Positions 39,146 to 52,480 of a DNA stretch of 64,000 nt are shown here, piece by piece (position 1 is the first letter of the stretch; every line of letters starts with the position of its first letter). The position numbers were made by a program, and so were the translations under genes. The notes beneath the pieces are model-generated. The model worked only from the letters and a program-made list of their open reading frames with translations. It made no database searches and was not told where the DNA came from. The DNA lies in the NCBI GenBank assembly GCA_964016885.1, contig OZ024742.1:91512001-91576000 (forward strand), read 5' to 3'. The DNA is from Eledone cirrhosa. Its lineage: Eukaryota.

Positions 39146-41486
39146 AGTTATTTCAGAGTGTGTGTGTGACCGTATGTCTATGTGTAGATTTCGTATGAGC
39201 GGGTGAGACAATAATTACTAAGAATAACAAATAACAAAGTACATGTCCACTGGATGACCCCCCACTGCCACCCATCATCATGCCATCTTCTGTAAACATA
39301 AATGTGTTAACTTTACACAACCATGTGAATTGTAGTGGTTAGTAAAAACATTACTCTCTGACTTGTTAACATCATCACCACACCAGTACCTCTACCACCG
39401 TCACCGCCACTATCAGTACTGCTACATATTGTCTAGCAGTCGACACTTTGCCCTTTAACATTAAAAATCGATTTTTATCTACACATACACCTTAAATACT
39501 CTTTACTTATTTATACAACACACGGTAACACGTGCCGATATTGGGGCCTCTATGTGGTCAGTAGACCTGCTAAGTCTCCTAGATAATATAGATTTGATAT
39601 GATATGGCATTGACACTTAACTCCTGGTGGTGTCGTAGGGACGCCCTCATCTATTGAAACCAGGCGGATATCCTTAAAAAGACGGCAAGGTTACGGTTGT
39701 TCAAATGACTTTGGTCATAAGTCTCCTGGTCACAGAATTTTTGTCATAGGTTAGTTGGCCATATGACATAGATCATAGGTCTGCTTGTCATATGACTTTG
39801 GTTGTAATTCTCCTTGAATCGATACAACGTCTTCCTATTTCCAATACATAACGTCGAGTTAGTTATGAATGGACATCCACCGGTTTCGACGATGAGCCTT
39901 CCAGTCATTCCATCAACAGCTTGCTAGTGAAATGAACGTGTGACTGTGAATTTCACAGACACGTTGTCCCTTCAAGTACTCTTGCGAATGATACATGTAA
40001 TGGCTATGGACACGGATTCTGTCAATAAACCTATATCCTCAACCAGCTGTTGGAACGGTTGTTTACCAAAAAGTTAGTAAACATTTCAATACCATGTAAT
40101 GAAACCACTGCTTATGATTTTCAAATAAATCTGAAGATAATCAACAAGAAATTTAGTAATGTAATTTACTTTCTCATTATACATCTGGTGTTTGAAATTT
40201 AAGAAAGTTTCCTAAATAAAATCATGATGGTAGGCTTTTATGTAAATATATACACTTTAAAACAAACTTTTTTTGTTATCATAGAACTATGAACGGTTCC
40301 AGATAGTCTAATATCAAGAGGATTAAGGAAGGGTCAAATAATTTTACGGCTGGTTTCATACTTTATACAGGGTCATTAATGATTTAGGGTTTAACCACAT
40401 TTTCTAAACCAAACCACCTGAAACTACTTTTGGTTCTATACAACAAAACTGCTTGTTTTGAAATGTTTATTTATAACTAAAAACTTTCCTTAACAATTAT
40501 ATGTAAAATCGTTGTTATGTTTCCAGTGTCAGCTTGATAATGAGAGTTAACTATATTACTAAATCCCTCCTAATAACTTAATTATTTAAAAGGTTATTTG
40601 AAACACATAGGCTATATCTTTTTATTATAAATATGGCAACTAAAGGGTTAAACAATTTAGATTCTTAGATTCTTCTTCAAAGTGAGAGACTCGTAAAACG
40701 AGGGCCAAATTTTATTTGGCAATTTTATTAGAGCGAACGTCATCCTTGGATGATGATGGACAATCGATGGTAATGGGTTTCAATAGCGATAACCTTTCTT
40801 TAAGAGTACAGCTGCATGGCCAGCTGTGTATGGGTTTGTTTGTATGTGTGCTTTTGTGTGTACGCGCGCGCGTGTGTGTGTACGTACTTGTGTGTGTACT
40901 TGTGTGTGTGTGTTTCAGCTACGCACTCATTTGCCGTGTGAATATTTCAAGAGTGATGGTTGTAGCCTCTTGTAATCTCTGGATAAGTAGATCGGGAGAT
41001 TTTTCCTCTGCGGGTTGTTTAACTGGGATTTCCTGGAATTTGTGTAGTGAAAGTATTGTTTAGTGGAAGTTTGGATTAACTGGAATTTTTGCTATATATT
41101 ATTGTTTAATGGAAATCTGGATTATTAGAATATGTGTTGTGGAAGTATAGTTTAGTGCAGAGATTCCCAAAGTGGGAAGTACCGCCTAAAAGAAGGAAAG
41201 TAAAGACTAGGTGTTGGAAGACAAGATTTGGTGGTTTCTCATAAGAGCAGCAGTTTCTTATAAAACTGTCACATTTAGTTATTAAATAAGGTTTGAATAA
41301 AATAAAATAATTATTAAAATTACATATCCAATGTATAACTGTTGATCAATTTAAGAGTAGGAGAGGGTGTCAGGGCCTGAAGAAATATTTTATCTAAAAG
41401 GTTCACAAACCTTTGGTGAAATCTGGTTTTATAAAATTTAGCCTGAATTTCTAAGATGACAAATTATTATTAGTATAAATGAATGA

Positions 41487-41658
41487 CGTCGATTGGCAGA
41501 GTTGGTAGATCATTAGACAACAGTATTTATTCCTGCTCGTTAGAGTCTGAGTTTAAATCCCGTCGATAAAATAAATTACCAGTCAAGTGTTGAGGTCCAT
41601 ATAGTCTTCATCCTCACCCCTTCAATTGCTGGCCTTGTGCCAAATCAGAAATAATAAT
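41487..41658 (+). mobile_element. SINE family 1 (internally deleted)
   Basis: ttggcaga..ctgagtttaaatcccgtcgataaaataaattaccag..gctggccttgtgcc. Confidence 0.75.
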
Positions 41659-41843
41659 TATTAAAAATATATCTATTTAGACTAATATTCTCCTGTTGGT
41701 TGTTATAATCACAACGTTTTGACTGTTGTTCTCTCGACCTACTTCAGATGCTTGTTTTCTCAGAATTTCGAATGGAACTCTTTATTCAAACTGCGGGGAT
41801 AGATATGTGCAAAACATTTCAGAATATTTTTACCTAATAACGT

Positions 41844-42172
<329 letters not shown>

Positions 42173-42247
42173 AAATTTACTCCGTCGTTTATGTGTGGAT
42201 AAAGTACGTAGAGTGGTTGAATAGAATTGCATCAATATTTACCGTAA

Positions 42248-42335
<88 letters not shown>

Positions 42336-42699
42336 CTGTGTGTGTGTGTGTGTAAGAGCGTTACTATAATACATTTGTTGTATTAAACACTATATTAACT
42401 CCACTCAACAGTTTCTTTCGCTTCATGGTTCCAGGATATAAAATGAAAAGGAACCTTACATTTAAACTTATGCAAATTTAGTTGGATTCTTACGAGGTTA
42501 CATCCCATATGAGGTTTTTCCTGCACATTAATTATAGAAGACCCAGTCATATCACTAAAAGCAAAATGAAATGAAGCATCTTAATGATAAAAGCAGCGTG
42601 TCGAAACTCACGTCCTTATAACCTAGTCACACTTTGTGACACACTGAATCTTCCTGAGAATATCGAGATGCTTAAGTATTAGAGACTATTTAACCTTTA

Positions 42700-43020
42700 A
42701 TTAATATTAAACTGCTCCTTAATTTTTCGAGTTGTATTAGACGATCTATTGACTGCTATTTCTAGTGGCATTATGAGCCTGTCACATAGAACTAATATGT
42801 TAAGAGAGATTTGATCATTTAATAGTTCAACAACACAATGTGTGTCACCAGAAATGACTGTATAGGCGGGAGTGGGGATACTCACAAGACCCTGGCTGCC
42901 AGAATATGTTATGGAATGGATACCATTAGGAAAGAAGATTCGCCTCTTGAAGCTTATACAGAAAGATACATCTCTGTATGAGTTGCAAATTTGTGCACCA
43001 AACAAGGAGTCCGAATACAG
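42700..43020 (-). mobile_element. Possible Helitron helicase relic
   Basis: LCDRLIMP..AVN weakly resembles the WLCERAILAP.N motif of Helitron PIF1 helicases. Confidence 0.25.
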
Positions 43021-43119
43021 ATCCTTCCTTGATAGTTGATAGGAAAAAAGGAATGATAAGGGAATAAATAAATGTAAAAGGAATTTAAATTCTTTTTTTT
43101 TTTGTATATTTTAATGCTT

Positions 43120-43455
43120 AAAATGAGTTTCCACGATGTAATTGCTTTAGTTTCACCTCACTGTCTCAAATCAAGTCACTTGCCAGACAATTACAACTGT
43201 GACTAAAATGACTCTTTCACGAAGTAATTGCTTTAGATTCACCACACTGTCTCAGATCAAGTCACATCAAACAAGAACAACTGTGGTTTAAATGGCTCTT
43301 CCACAATATATTTGCTTTAGTTTCACCACTCGGTTTCATATTAGGTTATTTACCAGACAAGTACAACTGTGGTTTAAATGAGCCTTCCACGATGTAATTG
43401 CTTTAATTTCATCATACGGTTTCAGAGCAAGTCACTTGTCAAACAAGTACAACTC
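43120..43455. repeat. Tandem minisatellite, 4 units of ~83-86 bp
   Basis: ttccacgatgtaattgctttagtttcacc..caagtcacttgccagacaagtacaactgtg is repeated with divergence. Confidence 0.9.
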
Positions 43456-43599
43456 AGAAATTTCGAAAAATTCTGCCAGGCTCCAACAACCCTGAAGTCA
43501 CTGTTGCATGTTGTCTAGAGAAGATAACAATTATGCAACAACTTCACGTTAAGAAACACCGTATCTCACATTTAAATAGTTTCGGAGGTCAAAGTCAAG

Positions 43600-43645
<46 letters not shown>

Positions 43646-44218
43646 GTAGTAAGGGCTGCAATAACAACTGGTAACATCATTCATATTTGCCCTTCGTCAA
43701 GTATATAATTACAGAAGATAATTTGTATTTTTGGAGTGCCACTTTCAGAACAAATTAAAACTAAAACAAAAATAAACAAACTTAAAATACAATGAAAATA
43801 TGAATACTTAAAAGAGGAAAGAAAGATTCATCCGCTTCCTTCAGCTGAGGAATGAAAGACAGTAGGAAAGTAATACATGGGAAATTATATAAGAGAAAGA
43901 GAAGTAATAGTTACCTCACATTAATGAATGTCTGTGGTTTGGTAAACTGACATTGTAGGTGTGATATAGTTTAATAAGACAGAATCAAGGCTGTTGTGAG
44001 AGAAAACCACTTTGAGTGTAAAAACTTATTTTTACATGTAGGAATTGTATTTTCAATTCTATTTTGACTTGAGATAAGGAGTAAGCAATATGCAGGTAAC
44101 AGGAACTATTCTGTAGTATTTTGTGAACCCATGATTTCTACTGGAGCCTGGGGGAGTCCATCTAACTCCAAGAGAGAAAGTGAGTTAAAGGGGGAGAGAA
44201 GGGGCGTAATATATATAT

Positions 44219-44580
44219 ATGAAAAAGTGAGTCCTCATCAGTGACCCTCCAACCGTCCTCGGCACCCCATCGCCCCAAGGGCCATATGCCTCAGGCTGGT
44301 GCGAACAACGGCTAAAAAAAGTCGTTGGGACACGTAAATAAAGGGGGACATTAGAGTAACAACAAAGGGTTATAGCAACGGATAACCCTTTGTTGTTACT
44401 CTAATGTCCCCCTTTATTTACGTGTCCCAACGACTTTTTTTAGCCGTTGTTTGCACCAACCTGAGGCATATGGCCCTTGGGGCGATGGGGTGCCGAGGAC
44501 GGTTGGAGGGTCACTGATGAGGACTCACTTTTTCATATGTGTCCCATTTGCAACGCCGCAGCTCCATTATCACCATATTT
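44219..44580. mobile_element. Family A fold-back palindrome (~155 bp arms, 8 bp loop) with clustered A>G/T>C changes
   Basis: 44219-44373 versus 44382-44538 differ by about 2 mismatches; (TA)n on both flanks. Confidence 0.92.
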
Positions 44581-44603
44581 ACATATATATATATATATAT
44601 ATA

Positions 44604-44873
44604 TGTAGATAAATCTACCAAAATATACGGTAGTGTCAAATCCGTATGAAGAACTCAATGTAATCCAAATATCATGAAAAGAGATGATGTATTCAACATT
44701 TTTTCGATGAAAAAGATATATATGTGTAGGTATGTATATTCCCTCTGATAGTTTGTAAAAATTTTACATAGATCTATATGATATACATACCAACACACAC
44801 ATATATATCCTAGAAACGATCGTAAAATGATGAATTTTTTAATATAAGGAACTGTTTCTTTGTTTTTATTCAT

Positions 44874-44880
<7 letters not shown>
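44604..44880 (+). mobile_element. Family C copy 2 with degenerate long-stem-II hammerhead motif (44697-44832)
   Basis: Shares tgtagataaatctacca, the hairpin and cctagaaacgatcgt with 9609-9835. Confidence 0.8.
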
Positions 44881-44934
<54 letters not shown>

Positions 44935-45582
44935 CTGTGTGTGTGTATACACATATATATATTTATTAAAAGAATAACAACAGGGGCCAATATATATATA
45001 TGTATGTATACACGTCCACTATTGGCCTCTGTTTTTATTCTTTTAATTAATTGATTTTTGTTTTCAGATTTTAGTTTAATTTTCCGGGTTTCATATCTCC
45101 TTTAATTAATGCAACTTCTCAATACTTGGAGGCGTTCTATACAGAGACGATAGTCTACTGTTTATAGCAAATCAATCATAACCCAAGCTCTACAGAAACG
45201 ATTAGAAACAATCCACTCAGTCTCTTTAGAAACTAGAAACAGTCCATGACAATGCAAAGTGACTCGAATACTTTCTAGATGTAACATTGAACATTACAAA
45301 CACTCTTTAATACCTTTTCTAAACCAAAATGAAACCCTAAATTACATACATAAACACTTCTTCTTCTTCTTCTTCTTCTTCCAGAGTCACAGAACTTTGT
45401 TCGGGAAAACCCTACTTTATCTAGCCGGTAGCATCTACCCTCCTCCACTAGTTCCTGCTTCTTACCTGTAAGGGCTGTGATGTTGTAGGTTACAATTATC
45501 TAAATTTGTTCCCTTCCGAACACTCTTATACATATGAACGAGTGTCACACCCCCTCTTATTCTTCTCCTATATGAACATATA

Positions 45583-45654
<72 letters not shown>

Positions 45655-45658
<4 letters not shown>

Positions 45659-47572
45659 TACTTGGGGAGGGTCATATTTGTGTAATATTGCCAGAATTAA
45701 TAACAGAACACACTCACTGTTTGGTTGGTTTTCGCTTCTCGCTTCTGTGTCTTTTATATCGGTAATCTAATATACTCGGGCCTCAATGTTGCCATTGACT
45801 GACCGGCGGTCAAAAATAATACAGATACAATATAGACACAAACACATATCATAAATCTTTCGTTGCACATCTGCAACATCGTCAGTGGTGCTATATTTTC
45901 CTCCTGTTGTATTGTATGTCTACGCCATTTTTATTCAGTCTGTCTATATATTTATTTATTTATTTGCTTGTTTGTTTATTTTATTTTGTCTTCTTTGCGC
46001 ATGCGTTTGCGTGTGTGTATAGTGTTTTGTTTGCTGCGTGATGGGTGACTAGTGTGTGTTTATGTGCTTGTTGTTATTGTGCTTGTGTATGTATTTATTT
46101 ATTTATTTATTTTATTTTATTTACTTATTTATACTTCTCTTAGGTCAGTGTTGTTTGTTTGGGTGTTGTTGTTATTCCATTCATTCTTTCTGTTTAGCCT
46201 TGGTCTTCTAATTTCTATTTCACTGGCCTCTCTGATTTGCCTATCTGCTGGGTCATTTCTATGTTTAGATATTATTATAATTTCTATGTTGTCTATGTTA
46301 CCGTCATGTTGTTGTCTAGCATGTTCGTATAGTACTGACCCGTTTTTTCATCCTTTTAGTTCTCCCCAGTGTTGGTCTATCCTTTCACCTATGCTACGAG
46401 CTGTCTCACCTATGTATGTTGTTGTCATGTTTCTGCAAGTACACTCTGTACATCTTATGCTATAGACTACGTTTCTAGTTTTACAGTTTATCTGGGGGTT
46501 CACCTTACATATGATACATTTCCTATTGGTACAGTGGGTTTTCTTAAAAGGGTAGGTTTTGCTGATCAGGGATTTTATGGTGGTTCCTGGCTTTTCTACC
46601 ACCTTTATTTTTAAGTGGGTCTTTCTCAGGGCCTTTCTACACTGGTTAGCTAATTTCCCTCCAGGGGTAGCGTCCACAAACATGACACTCTGGTATCTCT
46701 GGTTGTCGTACCATGAGGTGGCTTTCCCTATCTTATGTCTAGCCCTATCTAAGCTATTCCATGATTTGCTCCTGTATAATGGGCAAATTCCTTTCATGCC
46801 CAGTTCTATGAGGGTCTTATACTTCTCCCTGGCTCCTCCGTATACTCTGATTCTGTCTCTTTGGTTGTAGCCAGAGAACTGCATGCGGTTGATGAAGTGT
46901 TGGATGTGTCTTTCCATTTCTGTTGGGTCGCACATGCGGGAAATAGACATTAGAAGACCAAGGCTAAACAGAAAGAATGAATGGAATAACAACAACACCC
47001 AAACAAACAACACTGACCTAAGAGAAGTATAAATAAGTAAATAAAATAAAATAAGTAAATAAATAAATAAATAAATACATACACAAGCACAATAACAACA
47101 AGCACATAAACACACACTAGTCACCCATCACACAGCAAACAAAACACTATACACACACGCAAACGCATGCGCAAAGAAGACAAAATAAAATAAACAAACA
47201 AGCAAATAAATAAATAAATATATAGACAGACTGAATAAAAATGGCAAAGACATACAATACAACAGGAGGAAAATATAGCACCACTGACGATGTTGCAGAT
47301 GTGCAACGAAAGATTTATGATAAACTATATATATGTGTTTGTGTCTATATTGTATCTGTATTATTTTTGACCGCCGGTCAGTCAATGGCAACATTGAGGA
47401 CCGAGTATATTAGATTACCGATATAAAAGACACAGAAGCGAGAAGCGAAAACCAACCAAACAGTGAGTGTGTTCTGTTATTAATTCTGGCAATATTACAC
47501 AAATATGACCCTCCCCAAGTATAACAATATTTGTTTCGACACACGATTTCATATAAAAAAACCTCGCCAAAC
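45655..47572. mobile_element. Penelope-like element: truncated minus-strand copy (45655-46941) fused to an inverted copy of its own 3' end (46940-47572)
   Basis: Highly similar to 13012-14311; GIY-YIG NVVYSIRC..YIGET with a CGA>TGA stop at 46348; both outer ends lie in (TA)n. Confidence 0.95.
47275..47330 (+). ncRNA. PLE type I hammerhead motif
   Basis: CTGACGA-T-GTTGCA-gatg-TGCAAC-GAAA-GATT-TA; mirrored at ~45847-45895 on the minus strand. Confidence 0.7.
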
Positions 47573-47589
47573 TATATATATATATATAT

Positions 47590-48573
47590 GAACAAATGGC
47601 GTGCTGCGTGGTTGCAAATGGGTTACATATTGGTATTTCATTGGTATTTCATCGCTTTAAAGACCATATACCTCTGGTTGGTGTGAGCAACGGCTGAAGA
47701 AAGTCGTTGGGACATGTAAATAGGGGGAACGAGCGAGACAGTAAACAAACAAAGATGGTAATGCAACGAAAAGTGAGGAAGAAGGAGTCAAGTCCCTGAA
47801 ATTGATGAATATAAGTTCTGTGAAATCGTAGACGAGAGAATAAAGACCACCCAACAGGTCAAACCGGAGGAAGTGACGGAGAGGGAGTAGCAGAGAGTGA
47901 ATGAGTGAAAGTGTGAGGAAGAGGCTAACAGAGAGAATGTGACTGGCAGACGGGGTAAAAAGAAAGTGAGAGATACAGAGAAAGGGGAAGCAGTAAGAAA
48001 AAAACAGACGGGTCACAGCGGAGGAAAATATATAAATATATGAAAAAATGGCGTGCTGCGTGGTTGCAAATGGGTTACATATGAATAAAATTAGTCCTTC
48101 ATCAGTGATCTTCCAGTATTGCAACCACGCAGCACGCCATTTTTTCAGATATTTATATATTTTTCTCCGCTGTGACCAGTCTGTTTCTTTCTTACTGCTT
48201 CCCCTTTCTCTGCATCTCTCAGTTTCTTTTTACCCCCTCTGCCAGTCACACTCTCTCTGTTAGCCTCTTCCTCACACTTTCACTCACTCACTCTCTGCTA
48301 CTCCCTCTCCATCACTCCCTCCCGTTTGACCTGCGCGAAATTCTTTCCTCGCTCACATTTCGACTAGGTTGGATGGTCTTTATTCTCTCGTCTACGATTT
48401 CACAGAACACATGTTCATCGATTTCAGGGACTTGACTCCTTCTTCCTCACTTTTCGTTGCATTACCATCTCTGTTTGTTTACTGTCTCGCTCGTTCCCCC
48501 TATTTACGGGCCCCAACGACTTTCTTTAGCCGTTGCTCGCACCAACCAGAGGTATATGGTCTTTAAAGCGATG
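47590..48573. mobile_element. Family A composite: monomer + partial tandem unit + inverted monomer
   Basis: Head-to-tail junction at ~48040; inversion at ~48118. Confidence 0.88.
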
Positions 48574-48645
<72 letters not shown>

Positions 48646-48859
48646 ATATATACAAATGGAAGTACAGCATATTCGAAGCCAGAGCCTGAGCTAAGCCGAC
48701 GAATGCTTTCAGCAGTGCAGCCAAGCACTCGACAAGGTATAGGACCTCAGAGTAATAACATACAGTTTAAAGGGCTTTGCAAAATGAAGCCAGCGACCGG
48801 TAATTCAGCCGGGGTCCGTAGCAACGAAAGAACTGAATAGTGAGAAAAAAATTCATAAA

Positions 48860-49490
<631 letters not shown>

Positions 49491-49492
<2 letters not shown>

Positions 49493-49640
49493 AAGGCGGG
49501 TAAAATTCCCGAGATCCATGGACGAGTTCTCTCCAGCGGTCTCTGTCCCTCATTATCGCTGCCATGTCCTGCGTCTCCAACAGACCAGTGTCTGTCCTTA
49601 GGGCATCAACATACGTTAACCTGGGTCTTCCACTTCTAGT
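49491..49640 (-). mobile_element. 150-bp 3' tip of the same RTE family as 20590-23893, retaining the TAG stop
   Basis: Near-identical to 20590-20738; (TA)n on both sides. Confidence 0.95.
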
Positions 49641-49738
49641 ATATATATATATACGTATATATATATATACATATATATATATACGTATATATTTCAAGCA
49701 TTCGTCGGCTTAGCTAAGGCTCTGGCTTCGAATATACG

Positions 49739-49770
<32 letters not shown>

Positions 49771-50215
49771 TATATACATATATATATATGTATATATATA
49801 TATACATATATATATATATACATATATGTATATATATATATATATATATATAATTTACAGATACGTAATTCCCAAGATTAAGCTTAAATCCTTCCAATAC
49901 TTTCATAGAGCTGATTTTGCTGAAGACTAAGAGCACAGCCGTGACTAAAGGTCTGTGAATGTTATGTATGCTCTCATAATGAAACGAATTCTAAAGATGA
50001 TTGCACTTTATCCATATAGAAATATGAATAATTTTCCTTTTACTATTTATTGTTACATTTTCAAAGATACATTGTTGTATTAACTAAATTCCCCTATCCT
50101 GGTCAGGGTGTCAGTTTTGGTGGCAAATGAGGCCTAAAAAGTTTGAAAACCTAGCGTATACCACCATATATATATATATAATTAGACGTACGCACGTATC
50201 TCTCTCTCTCTCTAT

Positions 50216-50269
<54 letters not shown>

Positions 50270-50574
50270 AAAAGAGTCAGGACTTCGACGGCTGAGCTCC
50301 GGCCGTTTCGACAGCTAGATCCGTACTCTGGTGCGTTATGGGCCATATAATATGTGGGTCTGTCAGTGTATGTATCCAAGACGACCGACTGAATAAGCAA
50401 GCGGATTTTTTTCACCTCCCATTTTTTTTCCTAATTTTCCCCCGTTCCTTCTTCTTATCACTAAATCAATATATATATATATATACGTATATATATATAT
50501 ATACATATATATATACGTATATATTTCAAGCATTCGTCGGCTTAGCTGAGGCTCTGGCTTCGAATATACGTATA

Positions 50575-50610
<36 letters not shown>

Positions 50611-50656
50611 CATATATATATATGTATATGTATATATACATATATATATATATACA

Positions 50657-50696
<40 letters not shown>

Positions 50697-50855
50697 ACAG
50701 ATACGTAATTCCCAAGATTAAGCTTAAATCCTTCCAATACTTTCATAGAGCTGATTTTGCTGAAGACTAAGAGCACAGCCGTGACTAAAGGTCTGTGAAT
50801 GTTATGTATGCTCTCATAATGAAACGAATTCTAAAGATGATTGCACTTTATCCAT
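49641..50855 (+). repeat. Direct duplication (~830-840 bp period) of a TA-rich module with a hammerhead-like motif (49914-49997 and 50754-50837)
   Basis: 49852-50014 equals 50692-50854; CTGAAGA..AGAGCA..TGCTCT..GAAA-CGAAT-TC-TAAAG. Confidence 0.8.
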
Positions 50856-51211
50856 TTCTCTACTATTTTTAAATCTATCATCTGCTAAAGTAGTAGTGTC
50901 CAAAACTTTAAGACTCTTTTTCTGCCATTTCAAGCGTTAAACTAATATATTTTTCCCTGGTACTGTGCCGTTTGTCTTGTTATTTTTGTTATTTCTGTTT
51001 ACCTCTTATATATACATTTCATTTATACTTTTATTTATACTCTGCACACTACAACCGTCTGAAACTGTAGTTGCACTCTTATATAACACACACACACACA
51101 TACATAAATATAATATATATGTATGCACACACATACACATATATATATATATGTATGCACACACACATATATATATATATGTATGCACACACACATATAT
51201 ATATATGTATG

Positions 51212-51266
<55 letters not shown>

Positions 51267-51928
51267 GCATATGAAACCAAAAGGTTTACCACTTGGTCTC
51301 ACATATACACATTTTAAATTATGTATGTATATATATATATAATATATATATATATTATATATTATGTAACATATATATATATGTGTGTGTGTGAATATGT
51401 GTGTGTTTAACAATAATCTGCAATATATAACACAATAAGAGCAAATGTCTTTCTTTTAGAGGAATCCCTCTATCGTTAATGTTGTTTTTTCCGGTTTAAT
51501 ATCCTTGACCGATATCATTAGCTGGACATACTCCCTGATCGATGACACCGTCCTTACTAATCCTGTCCACTGTTGCGCCGCCTTTATCGATTTGTATTGA
51601 GTCATCATCTTGTGTTGTCACATTGATCCTGCCCCCCCTCTCTCTCATATACAAACGCGCGCACACACACACTCATATATATGTATGTATATTTATTCAA
51701 ACAGACAAATGTATATGTATACAAGCATATAAATACTAACACGCACACACAAACATGTATGTACCGAGCTAATGTAGAGGCGTTGTTGGACAGTTTCCAT
51801 AGTTTTGGTCGGTGTGACGTCATCTACCTGTCATTTACGCACAAGATGTCTCGATGTAAGAAGTTATATAAACATACGCTTTCACCCGATATTGATTCAC
51901 TTACTAAGGACAGACTATAGACAGACAT

Positions 51929-51964
<36 letters not shown>

Positions 51965-52319
51965 AATAGGGGCGCACAGGACAAAGGCAATGGGAAAAAC
52001 AACGGTATATATATACATATATGTGTGTGTATCTATGTTTGTGCCTACATAACTGCATGCATACATGTAGCCATATGCGTAAACACGCATATTTATGTAT
52101 GTATGTATATATATGTTTACATATTTTACAACTAGCTTGTCCAGCTGTCTTTCCTTTTTCCAAGAAAAAGAACATTTATTGATCTTTTCAATAGTCTATG
52201 TTAATATTTATGTATTCACATATTCATACGTAATTATCCATAGATCTATCAATCGATCCATGCACCCAGCAATCCCACCAAACATCCATCAATCTATCCC
52301 TGCTTTGCAGTATAGAGTT

Positions 52320-52480
52320 ATGGCCAATTACGTTCTGAGCTCTAATCTCGCTGAGGCTAGCTTTGCCTTTCATATTTACGGGGTCGAAGAATAAAGCACC
52401 AGTAATGCACTGGCGTCGATTTAATCGACTTTCCCCTCCCTTTCAAAATCGCTGGCCTTTTGCCTAAATTAGAAACAATT
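52320..52480 (+). mobile_element. SINE family 1
   Basis: Consensus match. Confidence 0.8.

Noticed and set aside
46348-47124. 258-aa membrane-like ORF fused to GIY-YIG
   Set aside because: It is an artefact of the inversion junction; the hydrophobic N-terminus is antisense PLE 3' sequence.
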